DNA of 53,419 bases from Acidobacteriota bacterium (GTDB lineage: Bacteria; Acidobacteriota; JAAYUB01; JAMOQF01), in assembly GCA_027064125.1 (NCBI GenBank), contig JAMOQF010000080.1:1-53419 (forward strand), given 5' to 3'. Below, piece after piece: positions 9,536-18,557 of this stretch. The notes below the pieces were generated by a model. That model saw nothing but the letters and a program-made list of their open reading frames with translations, was not told the origin of the DNA and made no database searches. Each line of letters begins with the position of its first letter. Position 1 is the first letter of the stretch. Made by a program: the position numbers and the translations under genes.

Positions 9536-10576
9536 GTGAAGATGGGTGAAAAACAGGTAAAAATTGTACTTGATCTAATGGGAAGTGATAATTTTCCCAT
9601 ACCTGAACTTGAAGGGGTAAGGAGTGCCTTAAAGGAGGAAAAAGATCTCTTTGTCTACCTTGTGGGAAAAAGAGAAATCTATGAAAAATATAGGGACTTT
9701 TTTAAAAATGATCAGATAGAATTTGTGGAGGCAGAAGAACATATTACCATGAATGAAAGTCCCATAGCCGCCATTAGAAAGAAGAAGAAATCTTCTATAA
9801 GAATAGGCCTTTCTCTCATCAAGAAGGGAAAGGCACATGGTTTTGTTTCTGCTGGTAATACCGGTGCCATCATGGCTTTGTCAAAACTCTTGCTTGGGAT
9901 TGTTGAAGGTGTTGATAGGCCTGCTCTTGCCACAGCTGTTCCCAGTATAAAGGGGAGTACCATAATTTTGGATGTGGGAGCAAATGTGGAGTGTAAACCC
10001 ATTCATCTTGAGCAGTTTGCCATAATGGGGAGTATCTATTCTGAGATAATCTTTGGAATTTCCAATCCCCGGGTGGGCTTACTAAATATTGGAGAGGAAG
10101 AGATAAAGGGTAATGATTTAATGAAAGATGTTCATAAGGCCTTAAGTGTTTCTTCTCTAAATTTTGTTGGAAATGTTGAGGGAAAGGATGTTTACACAGG
10201 TGATGTGGATGTTGTGGTGTGTGATGGATTTACTGGAAATGTTGCCTTAAAGATTAGTGAGGGTGTTATTTCTGCTTTAATGTATTTATTAAAAAAGGAA
10301 ATAAATTCCCATTTTACTACCAAAATAGGTGCTCTTTTGATCAGGAAGGCTTTTAAAAATTTAAAGAAGGATATAGATTATTCTGAGTATGGGGGGGCTC
10401 CTCTCCTTGGCATTAAATATCCAGTTATTATCTGTCATGGAAGATCGAATGACAATGCCATAAAGAATGGATTGAAATTTTGTAAACTTTTGTACGAAAG
10501 GGAAATTCCTATGAAAATAGAGAATAAGATAAAGGAATTTATGAATAAAATTGAAAGTGTAAAGGAGTTGTCATGA
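9536..10576 (+). CDS. plsX: Phosphate acyltransferase PlsX
   Basis: The PlsX-family sequence includes GFVSAGNTGA and VVCDGFTGNVALK, and the rpmF-plsX synteny is classical. The start could be GTG at 9536 or ATG at 9542. Confidence 0.92.
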   Translation: MKMGEKQVKIVLDLMGSDNFPIPELEGVRSALKEEKDLFVYLVGKREIYEKYRDFFKNDQIEFVEAEEHITMNESPIAAIRKKKKSSIRIGLSLIKKGKAHGFVSAGNTGAIMALSKLLLGIVEGVDRPALATAVPSIKGSTIILDVGANVECKPIHLEQFAIMGSIYSEIIFGISNPRVGLLNIGEEEIKGNDLMKDVHKALSVSSLNFVGNVEGKDVYTGDVDVVVCDGFTGNVALKISEGVISALMYLLKKEINSHFTTKIGALLIRKAFKNLKKDIDYSEYGGAPLLGIKYPVIICHGRSNDNAIKNGLKFCKLLYEREIPMKIENKIKEFMNKIESVKELS

Positions 10577-11748
10577 AAACAATAATTGATTACTTTCTCA
10601 CGGAAGAACAAAAAGAAATAAAGGAACTTGTGAGAAGAATTGCAGAGGAGCAAATTGTCCCTGTTCGTGCAGAACTCGATGAAAAGGAAGAGTTTCCATG
10701 GGAAATAATTAAAATTCTTGCAGAAGCAGGATTATTTGGAATATATATTCCCGAAGAGTATGGTGGATTTGGTGGAGGTATCTTCGAGTTGGCTCTTGTT
10801 ACAGAGGAATTAAGTAGGGCCTGTGGGGCAGTTGCAGTTAGCTATGCTGCAAGTGGTTTAGGTGCTTATCCAATATTGATAATGGGAAATGAAGAACAGA
10901 AGAAAAAATATTTACCTCAGATAGCAAGTGGGGAAAAATTGGCAGCTTTTTGCCTGACTGAAAGTAGTGCTGGCTCAGATGTCTTTGGTATAAGGACCAC
11001 CGCTGTAAGAAAGGGAGATTACTATTACATAAATGGTACCAAGCAGTGGATAACAAATGGTGGTGTGGCAGAGATTTTCACTGTTATTGCCCTTACCGAT
11101 AAAAAGAGAGGTGGTAGAGGTGCCACTGCATTTATTGTGGAAAAAGATTTTCCCGGTGTGAGGGTTGGTAAAAAGGAGAAAAAATTGGGGATAAGGGCTT
11201 CTTCTACCACAGAGGTTATTTTTGAAGATTGTAAGGTACCTGCTGAAAATGTTCTTGGCAGAGAAGGCCTTGGAATAATAGCGGTTTTGAAGACCTTTGA
11301 TTATACAAGACCTGGAGTTGCTGCTCAGGCTGTGGGAATTGCCCAGGGTGCCTATGAGTATGCTCTTCAATATGCACATCAGAGACGCCAATTTGGAAAA
11401 CCAATTTCCTCTTTTCAGGCAGTTAGTCACATGCTTGCAGATATGGCAACGCAGATTGAAGCAGCAAGAAGCCTTGTGTATAATGTCGCTAAAATCATAG
11501 ATTCAGGGGAGAAAAAATTCTCTCACTATTCGGCCATGACAAAGGTTCTTGCTTCAGATGTTGCCATGAAGGTTACAACTGATGCAATACAGGTGCTTGG
11601 TGGTTATGGATATATGAAAGATTATCCACTTGAAAAGATGTTCAGGGACGCTAAAATAACTCAGATTTATGAAGGGACGAACCAGATACAGAGAAATGTT
11701 ATTGCAGCGGAACTAATAAAAATGGTCGTTCAACAAGGAAAGAAGTAG
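10573..11748 (+). CDS. Acyl-CoA dehydrogenase (short-chain/butyryl-CoA dehydrogenase-like flavoprotein)
   Basis: The full ACAD architecture is present, including CLTESSAGSD, QWITNG and the C-terminal catalytic-Glu motif IYEGTNQIQ. An ATGA overlap links it to the plsX stop. Confidence 0.9.
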   Translation: MKTIIDYFLTEEQKEIKELVRRIAEEQIVPVRAELDEKEEFPWEIIKILAEAGLFGIYIPEEYGGFGGGIFELALVTEELSRACGAVAVSYAASGLGAYPILIMGNEEQKKKYLPQIASGEKLAAFCLTESSAGSDVFGIRTTAVRKGDYYYINGTKQWITNGGVAEIFTVIALTDKKRGGRGATAFIVEKDFPGVRVGKKEKKLGIRASSTTEVIFEDCKVPAENVLGREGLGIIAVLKTFDYTRPGVAAQAVGIAQGAYEYALQYAHQRRQFGKPISSFQAVSHMLADMATQIEAARSLVYNVAKIIDSGEKKFSHYSAMTKVLASDVAMKVTTDAIQVLGGYGYMKDYPLEKMFRDAKITQIYEGTNQIQRNVIAAELIKMVVQQGKK

Positions 11749-11759
11749 AGGAGTTTAAA

Positions 11760-12707
11760 ATGGGTAAACTGGCCTTTGTCTTTCCAGGGCAGGCCTCCCA
11801 ATATAGTGGGATGGGAAAAGCCCTGTGTGAAAAATATTCTGTTGCCGCTTCTATTTTTAAAAAGGCTAATAATGTTCTTCCCTTTTCCATAAGTGATTTG
11901 TGCTTTAATGGCCCTGAAGAGGAATTAAAACTCACAGAAAAGACGCAGCCCGCCATTTTAACTGTTAGTGTTGCTGCCTATAGGGTGCTTGAGAATATGG
12001 GAATAAAGCCAGATTATGTAGCAGGCCACAGTTTAGGTGAGTATTCAGCCGTGGTGGCTGCTGGTGGTATAAAATTTGACGATGCGGTTTTGATTGTTCA
12101 TAAAAGAGGGAAATTTATGCAGGAAGCGGTAAATGTTGGTGTTGGATCCATGGCTGCACTTCTTGGTGGTAATCTTGAGGATATAAAGAAGATGTGTGAA
12201 GAGGTTAGGGGAAGTCATGTTTTAATGATGGCTAACATTAATTGCCCCGGTCAGGTAGTTATTTCAGGTCATAAGGAAGCAGTGGACATGGCAATAGCAA
12301 ATGCTCCAAAAATTGGGGTTAAGAAAGCAGTTATTTTACCTGTAAGTGCTCCTTTCCATTGTGATTTAATGAAACCTGCACAGGAAAAATTGAAGGTGGA
12401 ATTGAACAGGATAAATATTAAGGATCTAAAAATTCCCCTTGTTGCAAATTATGATGCAGAAGTCACTATTTCAAGTGAAGAGGTCAGGGAGAAACTGATA
12501 AAACAGGTTTCTTCTCCTGTATTGTGGCAGGACTGTGTGGAAAGACTGATTGCAGAGGGGGTGAATGTCTTTGTGGAAGTGGGACCTAAAAAAGTTTTAA
12601 GTGGAATGATTAAGAAAATTGACAGAAGTGTTAAAATATATCATGTGGAAACACCGGAAGAGGTTGAAGAATTTGCAAAAATTTATAAAGAACTTAAGAG
12701 AGGTTAA
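11760..12707 (+). CDS. fabD: Malonyl-CoA:ACP transacylase
   Basis: The motifs FPGQASQ and GHSLGEYSA (active-site Ser) are present, and the length is 315 aa. Confidence 0.93.
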   Translation: MGKLAFVFPGQASQYSGMGKALCEKYSVAASIFKKANNVLPFSISDLCFNGPEEELKLTEKTQPAILTVSVAAYRVLENMGIKPDYVAGHSLGEYSAVVAAGGIKFDDAVLIVHKRGKFMQEAVNVGVGSMAALLGGNLEDIKKMCEEVRGSHVLMMANINCPGQVVISGHKEAVDMAIANAPKIGVKKAVILPVSAPFHCDLMKPAQEKLKVELNRINIKDLKIPLVANYDAEVTISSEEVREKLIKQVSSPVLWQDCVERLIAEGVNVFVEVGPKKVLSGMIKKIDRSVKIYHVETPEEVEEFAKIYKELKRG

Positions 12708-12709
12708 TT

Positions 12710-13453
12710 ATGTTTGATGTTAAAGATAGAGTGGCAATAGTTACGGGAGGAAGTAGAGGGATAGGTGCGGCAATAGTAAAAGTCTTTCTAAATAGTGGAG
12801 CAAAGGTGGCGGTTTGTGCAAGAAATTCTGAAAAGGGAGAGGCCTTTGTTGAGAGTTTAAATCTGCCTGAAGATAGGGTTAAATTTTTTCAGGTGGATGT
12901 TTCCTCTTTTGAAAGTGTTAAAAAATGTTTTGAGGAGATTATCTCACATTTTGGTGAGGTAAATATATTGGTAAATAATGCAGGTATAACCATTGACAAA
13001 CTTTTTCTCCGTATGAAAGAAGAAGATTGGGATAAGGTGCTAAATGTGAATTTGAAAGGAGCATTTTATTTTTCCAAACTTGTGGTCCCCCATTTTATAA
13101 AGAAAAGATGGGGCAGGATTATAAATATGACTTCAGTTGTTGGTCTGACTGGAAATCCCGGTCAGGCAAATTATTGTGCTTCTAAGGCTGGAATAATAGG
13201 TTTTACCAAATCTTTGGCTAAGGAACTTGCTTCGAGGAATATAACTGTTAATGCTGTTGCCCCCGGATACATTGAGACGGATATGACAAAAGATTTACCA
13301 GATAAGGCGAAAGAGGAAATGCTAAAAAACATACCTTTAAGAAGAGTTGGGAGGGGAGAGGATGTTGCATATGGAGTTTTGTTTCTCTCTTCCCATGAGG
13401 CTGGTTATATAACGGGGCAGGTATTAAATATTAATGGTGGAATGTATATGTAA
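12710..13453 (+). CDS. fabG: 3-oxoacyl-ACP reductase
   Basis: SDR motifs TGGSRGIG, NNAG and Y-x3-K (YCASKAG) are present, and the position between fabD and acpP fits. Confidence 0.92.
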   Translation: MFDVKDRVAIVTGGSRGIGAAIVKVFLNSGAKVAVCARNSEKGEAFVESLNLPEDRVKFFQVDVSSFESVKKCFEEIISHFGEVNILVNNAGITIDKLFLRMKEEDWDKVLNVNLKGAFYFSKLVVPHFIKKRWGRIINMTSVVGLTGNPGQANYCASKAGIIGFTKSLAKELASRNITVNAVAPGYIETDMTKDLPDKAKEEMLKNIPLRRVGRGEDVAYGVLFLSSHEAGYITGQVLNINGGMYM

Positions 13454-13474
13454 AATTTTTTTATGGAGGAAGAT

Positions 13475-13723
13475 ATGAACTTTGAAGAAATTGAAAAAAA
13501 GGTAAAAGCAATAATTGTTGAACAACTTGGTGTTTCTGAAGATGAGGTGGTCCCTGATGCCAACATAATTGATGATCTTGGAGCAGATTCACTTGATACT
13601 GTTGAATTGGTTATGGCTTTTGAGGAAGAATTTGGAATTGAAATTCCGGAAGATGATACTGAGAAAATCAGAACAGTCAAAGATGCTATAGAATACATCA
13701 AGGAAAAGGTTGGAGATGAATAG
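13475..13723 (+). CDS. acpP: Acyl carrier protein
   Basis: The phosphopantetheine attachment motif [12 protein letters not shown] is present. I prefer ATG 13475 because GGAGGA lies 5 nt upstream. The ORF is also open from ATG 13463. Confidence 0.93.
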   Translation: MNFEEIEKKVKAIIVEQLGVSEDEVVPDANIIDDLGADSLDTVELVMAFEEEFGIEIPEDDTEKIRTVKDAIEYIKEKVGDE

Positions 13724-14981
13724 GAAAAGTGAAACTCTGAAAAGAAGAAGGGTAGTTGTAACCGGGGTGGGGATTGTATGTTCTGTAGGTGTTGGGGTTG
13801 AGGAGCCCTGGAAAAACATTTTAAATGGTGTTTCGGGTATAGATTACATCACCCTTTTTGATGCTTCAGAATTTCCAGTTAAGTTTGCGGCAGAGGTTAA
13901 AGATTTTAATCCACTTGACTTTGTTGATAGAAAGGAAGCCAAAAGACTTGATAGATTTTTACACTTTGCAATGGCGGCATCTCACTTCGCAGTTTCAATG
14001 AGTGGGATAGATTTTGAAAGGACTGATAGAGAGAGGGTTGGGGTTGAAATAGGTTCAGGAATAGGTGGATTTAGCACCATTGAGAGGGAACATGAGAAAT
14101 TGCTTAAAATGGGCCCCCGCAGGATTTCTCCTTTTTTTATTCCCTCTGCCATAGTGAATATGGCTTCTGGTATAGTTTCCATTAAATATGGTGCTAAGGG
14201 ACCAAATGTTGCAACGTGTACTGCCTGTTCTACATCCACTCATGCTGTTGGTGATGCCTATAGAATAATAGAGAGAGGTGATGCTGATGTAATGATAAGT
14301 GGTGGAAGTGAAGCAGCAATTACGCCCATGGGTATAGGTGGATTTGCTTCCATGAGAGCCCTTTCCACCAGAAATGATGCCCCTCATAAGGCAAGTAGAC
14401 CCTTTGAAAAAAATAGGGATGGATTTGTGGTGGGAGAAGGTGCAGGTATTTTGATACTTGAGGAGTTGGAACACGCCTTAAATAGAGGTGCAAACATAAT
14501 AGCTGAAATAGTTGGCTATGGCTTAACTGGAGATGCTTTTCACATTACGGCTCCTGCGGAAGATGGTGATGGTGCTTACAGAGCAATGAAGATGGCAATT
14601 GAAAGTGCTGGTATAGAGCCTGAAGATATTGATTATATTAATGCCCATGGAACTTCGACTCCATACAATGATAAAATTGAGACAAAGGCAATTAAGAGGT
14701 TGATGGGTGAACATGCCAAAAAGGTGGTGATCAGTTCTACAAAATCCATGGTTGGGCATCTTCTTGGTGGAGCGGGAGCACTTGAGGCTGCTTTTACTGT
14801 GCTTTCCATTAGAGATCAGATTGTTCCACCCACCATAAATTATGAGGAACCGGATCCGGAATGTGACCTTGACTACTGTCCCAATAGCGCAAGAGAGGTT
14901 GAGATAAACTATGCAATGAGTAATTCCTTTGGTTTTGGTGGAACAAATGGCGTGTTAGTTTTTAAAAAGTTTGAAGAATGA
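13710..14981 (+). CDS. fabF: 3-oxoacyl-ACP synthase II
   Basis: This is a KAS II family sequence with the active-site Cys context [12 protein letters not shown], His motifs ([16 protein letters not shown]) and a C-terminal NSFGFGGTN. The start may be 13710 or 13716. Confidence 0.93.
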   Translation: MEMNRKSETLKRRRVVVTGVGIVCSVGVGVEEPWKNILNGVSGIDYITLFDASEFPVKFAAEVKDFNPLDFVDRKEAKRLDRFLHFAMAASHFAVSMSGIDFERTDRERVGVEIGSGIGGFSTIEREHEKLLKMGPRRISPFFIPSAIVNMASGIVSIKYGAKGPNVATCTACSTSTHAVGDAYRIIERGDADVMISGGSEAAITPMGIGGFASMRALSTRNDAPHKASRPFEKNRDGFVVGEGAGILILEELEHALNRGANIIAEIVGYGLTGDAFHITAPAEDGDGAYRAMKMAIESAGIEPEDIDYINAHGTSTPYNDKIETKAIKRLMGEHAKKVVISSTKSMVGHLLGGAGALEAAFTVLSIRDQIVPPTINYEEPDPECDLDYCPNSAREVEINYAMSNSFGFGGTNGVLVFKKFEE

Positions 14982-14992
14982 TTGGAGGAAAA

Positions 14993-15748
14993 ATGAAAAT
15001 AGGTGTATGTGTTAAGAGGGTTCCTGATACTGAAACAAGGCCAAAGATAGCTTCTGATGAAAAGAATTTTGACCTCTCAGATGCTAAATTTGTTATAAGC
15101 CCTTATGATGAATTTGGAATTGAGGAAGCACTAAAATTGAAAGAAGCAAATGGTGGTGAGGTGGTGTTAATCAGCCTTGATTCATCAGGGGATGTTACTG
15201 TTATTAGAAATGGCCTTGCCATGGGTGCAGATAGGGCAATTATTGTAGAGGGAGATGGTGAGAGGGATCCCTATGAAACTGCAGTAATTTTAAGTAATGT
15301 TTTAAAAGAGGAAAATTTTGACATTGTGTTTTTTGGAAAACAGGGTGTGGGACATGATTACCAACAGGTTCCATCCATTTTAGCTGAAATTATGAATCTT
15401 CCCCTTATTTCAGTTGTTGTGGAGTTAAAGATAGATGGAGATAAGGTTGAAGCAGTTAGAGAAATTGAAGGCGGTGAAGAGGTTGTTGAGGCAAAGTTGC
15501 CCGTTCTTATTTCTGCGCAGAAGGGATTAAATGTTCCAAGGTATCCATCACTAAGAGGAATTATGGCTGCCAAGAAAAAACCTATAGATAAGAAGAGTCC
15601 AGAATTTACTGCTGAAAAACTTAGTTGGGAAGTTGAAAAAGTGGAACTTCCTCCTCCAAGAAAGGCAGGTAAAATTGTTGAAGGAGAAGTTGAGGAGCAG
15701 GTAAAGGAAATAATTTCTTTTTTGAGTGATGAAGTTAAAATAATTTAG
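14993..15748 (+). CDS. etfB: Electron transfer flavoprotein, beta (small) subunit
   Basis: The N-terminus MKIGVCVKRVPD is typical of EtfB, and GGAGGA lies upstream of ATG 14993. The ORF is open from 14978, overlapping the fabF stop. Confidence 0.88.
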   Translation: MKIGVCVKRVPDTETRPKIASDEKNFDLSDAKFVISPYDEFGIEEALKLKEANGGEVVLISLDSSGDVTVIRNGLAMGADRAIIVEGDGERDPYETAVILSNVLKEENFDIVFFGKQGVGHDYQQVPSILAEIMNLPLISVVVELKIDGDKVEAVREIEGGEEVVEAKLPVLISAQKGLNVPRYPSLRGIMAAKKKPIDKKSPEFTAEKLSWEVEKVELPPPRKAGKIVEGEVEEQVKEIISFLSDEVKII

Positions 15749-15757
15749 GAGTAAAAA

Positions 15758-16726
15758 ATGGCAGTATATGTATTAATAGAAAATAGAAATCATAATATCA
15801 AAAATCCATCTTTTGAGTCCCTTTCTGCAGCAAAAAAACTCGCGGAAAAGTTTGGTACCCAGTGTGTGGCAATACTCTTTGGTGATGCTGAGAACATATC
15901 TGATCTCGGAAAATATGGGGCTGACAAGGTCCTGAAGATTAAAACAGGTCAGGAACTTGTTAGTAGAGATGCTGTTATTGAAATTGTAAGTGATATCGTA
16001 AAGAATGATGGGGATTTTAAAGCCCTATTTGCATCTGCTACTTCTTTTGGAAAGGATGTGTTACCTGGTATTTCTGCTAAATTTGAAAAGGGTATTGCTC
16101 AGGATATCACAGAAATTTTTTATGACAATGATCCCATTTTGATTAAGAGACCTGTTTTTGCTGGTAAGGCCTTTGAGATCATTAAGTTTAACGATTTTCC
16201 ATATTTTATTACCACAAGACCCAATGTTTTTAAAAAGGCAGAGTACAATTCAGATGGAAGTGTTGAGGAGGTTGAAAAATCAGTTTCTCCAGATTCATTG
16301 AAAACTGTGTTGAAGGAAGTCAAAAGTACTGGTTCTGGTCAAATTGAATTGACTGAAGCAAATGTAATAGTTTCAGGTGGAAGAGGAATGAAGGGCCCTG
16401 AAAATTTTAAGATAATTGAAGAACTTGCCTCTCTTTTAAATGCCGCTGTTGGTGCCTCCCGTGCTGCAGTTGATGAGGGTTGGATAGACCATCAACATCA
16501 GGTGGGACAAACTGGTAAAACCGTATCTCCAACAGTTTATATTGCGTGTGGGATTTCAGGTGCTATACAACATCTTGCTGGGATGTCTTCTTCTAAATAT
16601 ATAATTGCAATTAATAAAGATCCTGATGCCCCCATATTCAAGGTTGCGGACCTTGGAATTGTTGGGGATCTGTTTAAAGTTGTTCCCGCTTTGACTGAAG
16701 AGTTAAAAAAGGTTTTAAATAAATAA
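15758..16726 (+). CDS. etfA: Electron transfer flavoprotein, alpha (large) subunit
   Basis: The C-terminal FAD-binding region matches EtfA: VSGGRGM, GASRAAVDEGW, QVGQTGKTVSP and YIACGISGAIQHLAGM. Confidence 0.9.
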   Translation: MAVYVLIENRNHNIKNPSFESLSAAKKLAEKFGTQCVAILFGDAENISDLGKYGADKVLKIKTGQELVSRDAVIEIVSDIVKNDGDFKALFASATSFGKDVLPGISAKFEKGIAQDITEIFYDNDPILIKRPVFAGKAFEIIKFNDFPYFITTRPNVFKKAEYNSDGSVEEVEKSVSPDSLKTVLKEVKSTGSGQIELTEANVIVSGGRGMKGPENFKIIEELASLLNAAVGASRAAVDEGWIDHQHQVGQTGKTVSPTVYIACGISGAIQHLAGMSSSKYIIAINKDPDAPIFKVADLGIVGDLFKVVPALTEELKKVLNK

Positions 16727-16729
16727 TTA

Positions 16730-17485
16730 ATGGCTTTTATAGAATTAATAGATGTTCATAAATCCTTCGGAGACAATAAAGTGCTCCGGGGGATTAATTT
16801 ATCCATAGAAAAAGGGGAGAGCCTTGTCATCTTAGGGAAAAGTGGAATAGGTAAGTCTGTTACCCTCCTTGTTTTAACTCGACTTCTTCCACTTGATAGG
16901 GGAAAGGTTATAATTAATGGAATTGATACCACAGATCTTCCAGAAGATAAGTTAATACCCATTAGGAAGAAGATATCTTATGTATTTCAGTCGGGAGCCC
17001 TTTTTGATTCACTTACCGTGTATGAAAATATAGCTTTTCCTATGATTGGAGAGGGATATGATGAAGATGAGATTGATAAAAGGGTTTTTGATATAATGGA
17101 CTTATTGAATATTTCGGAATTCTGGGATTTATATCCCGATGAAATAAGTGGTGGGGTTAAAAAAATTGTTTCAATAGGTAGGGCTCTTGCCGCAAATCCC
17201 GATTGCATTCTTTATGATGAACCAACTACAGGAATCGATCCCTATGCCGCAAAAAAGTTAAGCGAAGTTATAAGGAGGATCAATATTGATATGGGAATTA
17301 CTACTATTCTTGTGACCCACGATATGAGGTGTGCAAAAATAGTTGCCGATAAAATTGCGTTTTTACATGAAGGGGTGATCTATTTCCATGGTTCCTTTGG
17401 AGAATTTGTGGAAAGTGATTTGCCTGTTCTTGAGGAATTCAAAGGTTCGCTCCCATATATGGCTAAATATTTGAAGGGGGGTTAA
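16730..17485 (+). CDS. ABC transporter ATP-binding protein (MlaF-like, no permease adjacent)
   Basis: It has Walker A GKSGIGKS, signature ISGGVKK, Walker B ILYDEPTTGIDP and H-loop VTHDM. Confidence 0.85.
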   Translation: MAFIELIDVHKSFGDNKVLRGINLSIEKGESLVILGKSGIGKSVTLLVLTRLLPLDRGKVIINGIDTTDLPEDKLIPIRKKISYVFQSGALFDSLTVYENIAFPMIGEGYDEDEIDKRVFDIMDLLNISEFWDLYPDEISGGVKKIVSIGRALAANPDCILYDEPTTGIDPYAAKKLSEVIRRINIDMGITTILVTHDMRCAKIVADKIAFLHEGVIYFHGSFGEFVESDLPVLEEFKGSLPYMAKYLKGG

Positions 17486-18423
17486 TCACAACATTTATGG
17501 AATAGTTTCTCGGAAAGATCTTCAAATATTTGGGTATCCACAAGTTTTTCAACCATATTTTGAGGTATTTTTTCATATCCCAGAAAGCCGCCGGCCATGG
17601 TCCCTGTCAAAAATCCAGTTGTGTCGGAATTATCTCCCCATTTTACGACATTTTTTATGGGATCCATAAAGTTTTTGGAATATTTTAAGAAAGAATAAAT
17701 TGATGCGGGAAGGGTCTCAAGTATACTGTAACCTGTGCCAATTTGCATGAGTGCTTCTTTGCTGTTATCACCTGAAAGTTTTTTTATCCATCTTATGATT
17801 TCTGCATAGTCTGAATCCACTCCTTCCATAAAGGATGCCGTTTCTTCTACAATTTCCCCTAAGGGAATATCTTCCTTGATAAAAATGGATCTCAGAAAAT
17901 ACCCAAAACATATCCCTCCTGCAATAACCTTTGGGAAAGTATAAATTATTCTCGTAAGTTCCTTTATGTATTCTATCATTTTATCCAGATCATGGTAAAA
18001 GCATACTACTATTGGTGGGACAAAGGCAAGGGCTTTACTACCATCTCTAAAACTTCCAGAATCTTTCCAGGGTTTACCAGATTTTAGGTTTTTACATGCT
18101 GCAAGAACTGACCTACCTGGACTTATCCATTCGTCATTTTCATATATCTCAATCATTTTATTGGCTATTCTTTCGGGATCTGGTTCTCCTGTTTCGATAA
18201 TGGTTTCAGAAGTTAACATCATGATCTGGGTTTCATCCGTATATTGTCCGGGAGGAAAGGGTGCATTTAAATGATTTTCATGGGGTTTGGTGTAGAAGTT
18301 TATTTCCTCTCCGTAGAGATTTTTTACCTGAAGCCAGTGTAAATTTTTAAATGGCATTCCCACTGCATTTCCAATGGCTCCACCAAGTATCAGACCTCTG
18401 AATCTATCAATTTTACATACCAT
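17482..18423 (-). CDS. ADP-ribosylglycohydrolase family protein
   Basis: ARH-family landmarks are present: N-terminal GGAIGNAVGMPF, YTDETQ and C-terminal GDNSDTTGFLTGTMAGG. Its stop codon overlaps the stop of the convergent ABC gene. Confidence 0.75.
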   Translation of the reverse strand: MVCKIDRFRGLILGGAIGNAVGMPFKNLHWLQVKNLYGEEINFYTKPHENHLNAPFPPGQYTDETQIMMLTSETIIETGEPDPERIANKMIEIYENDEWISPGRSVLAACKNLKSGKPWKDSGSFRDGSKALAFVPPIVVCFYHDLDKMIEYIKELTRIIYTFPKVIAGGICFGYFLRSIFIKEDIPLGEIVEETASFMEGVDSDYAEIIRWIKKLSGDNSKEALMQIGTGYSILETLPASIYSFLKYSKNFMDPIKNVVKWGDNSDTTGFLTGTMAGGFLGYEKIPQNMVEKLVDTQIFEDLSEKLFHKCCD

Positions 18424-18557
18424 AATACCTCCTTGCTTTAATTATATTCCTTTGACTATCCCTTTTCAATATTTATGAGAATTACATTAATGAAAGTAAT
18501 AAAAATTAAAATTGTTTGAAACTTTTGGGAAAATTTAATATCGTAATTAGAGGGGAC

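Noticed and set aside
10838-11500. ORFs overlapping the acyl-CoA dehydrogenase gene on both strands (10838-11056, 10975-11430, 11025-11210, 11216-11404, 11297-11500).
   Set aside because: The ACAD frame is continuous and carries all family motifs. The alternatives have no recognisable motifs or RBS.
13405-13819. Minus-strand ORFs (13405-13701, 13589-13819) across acpP.
   Set aside because: They are antisense to the unmistakable ACP gene (DSLD motif) and show no independent support.
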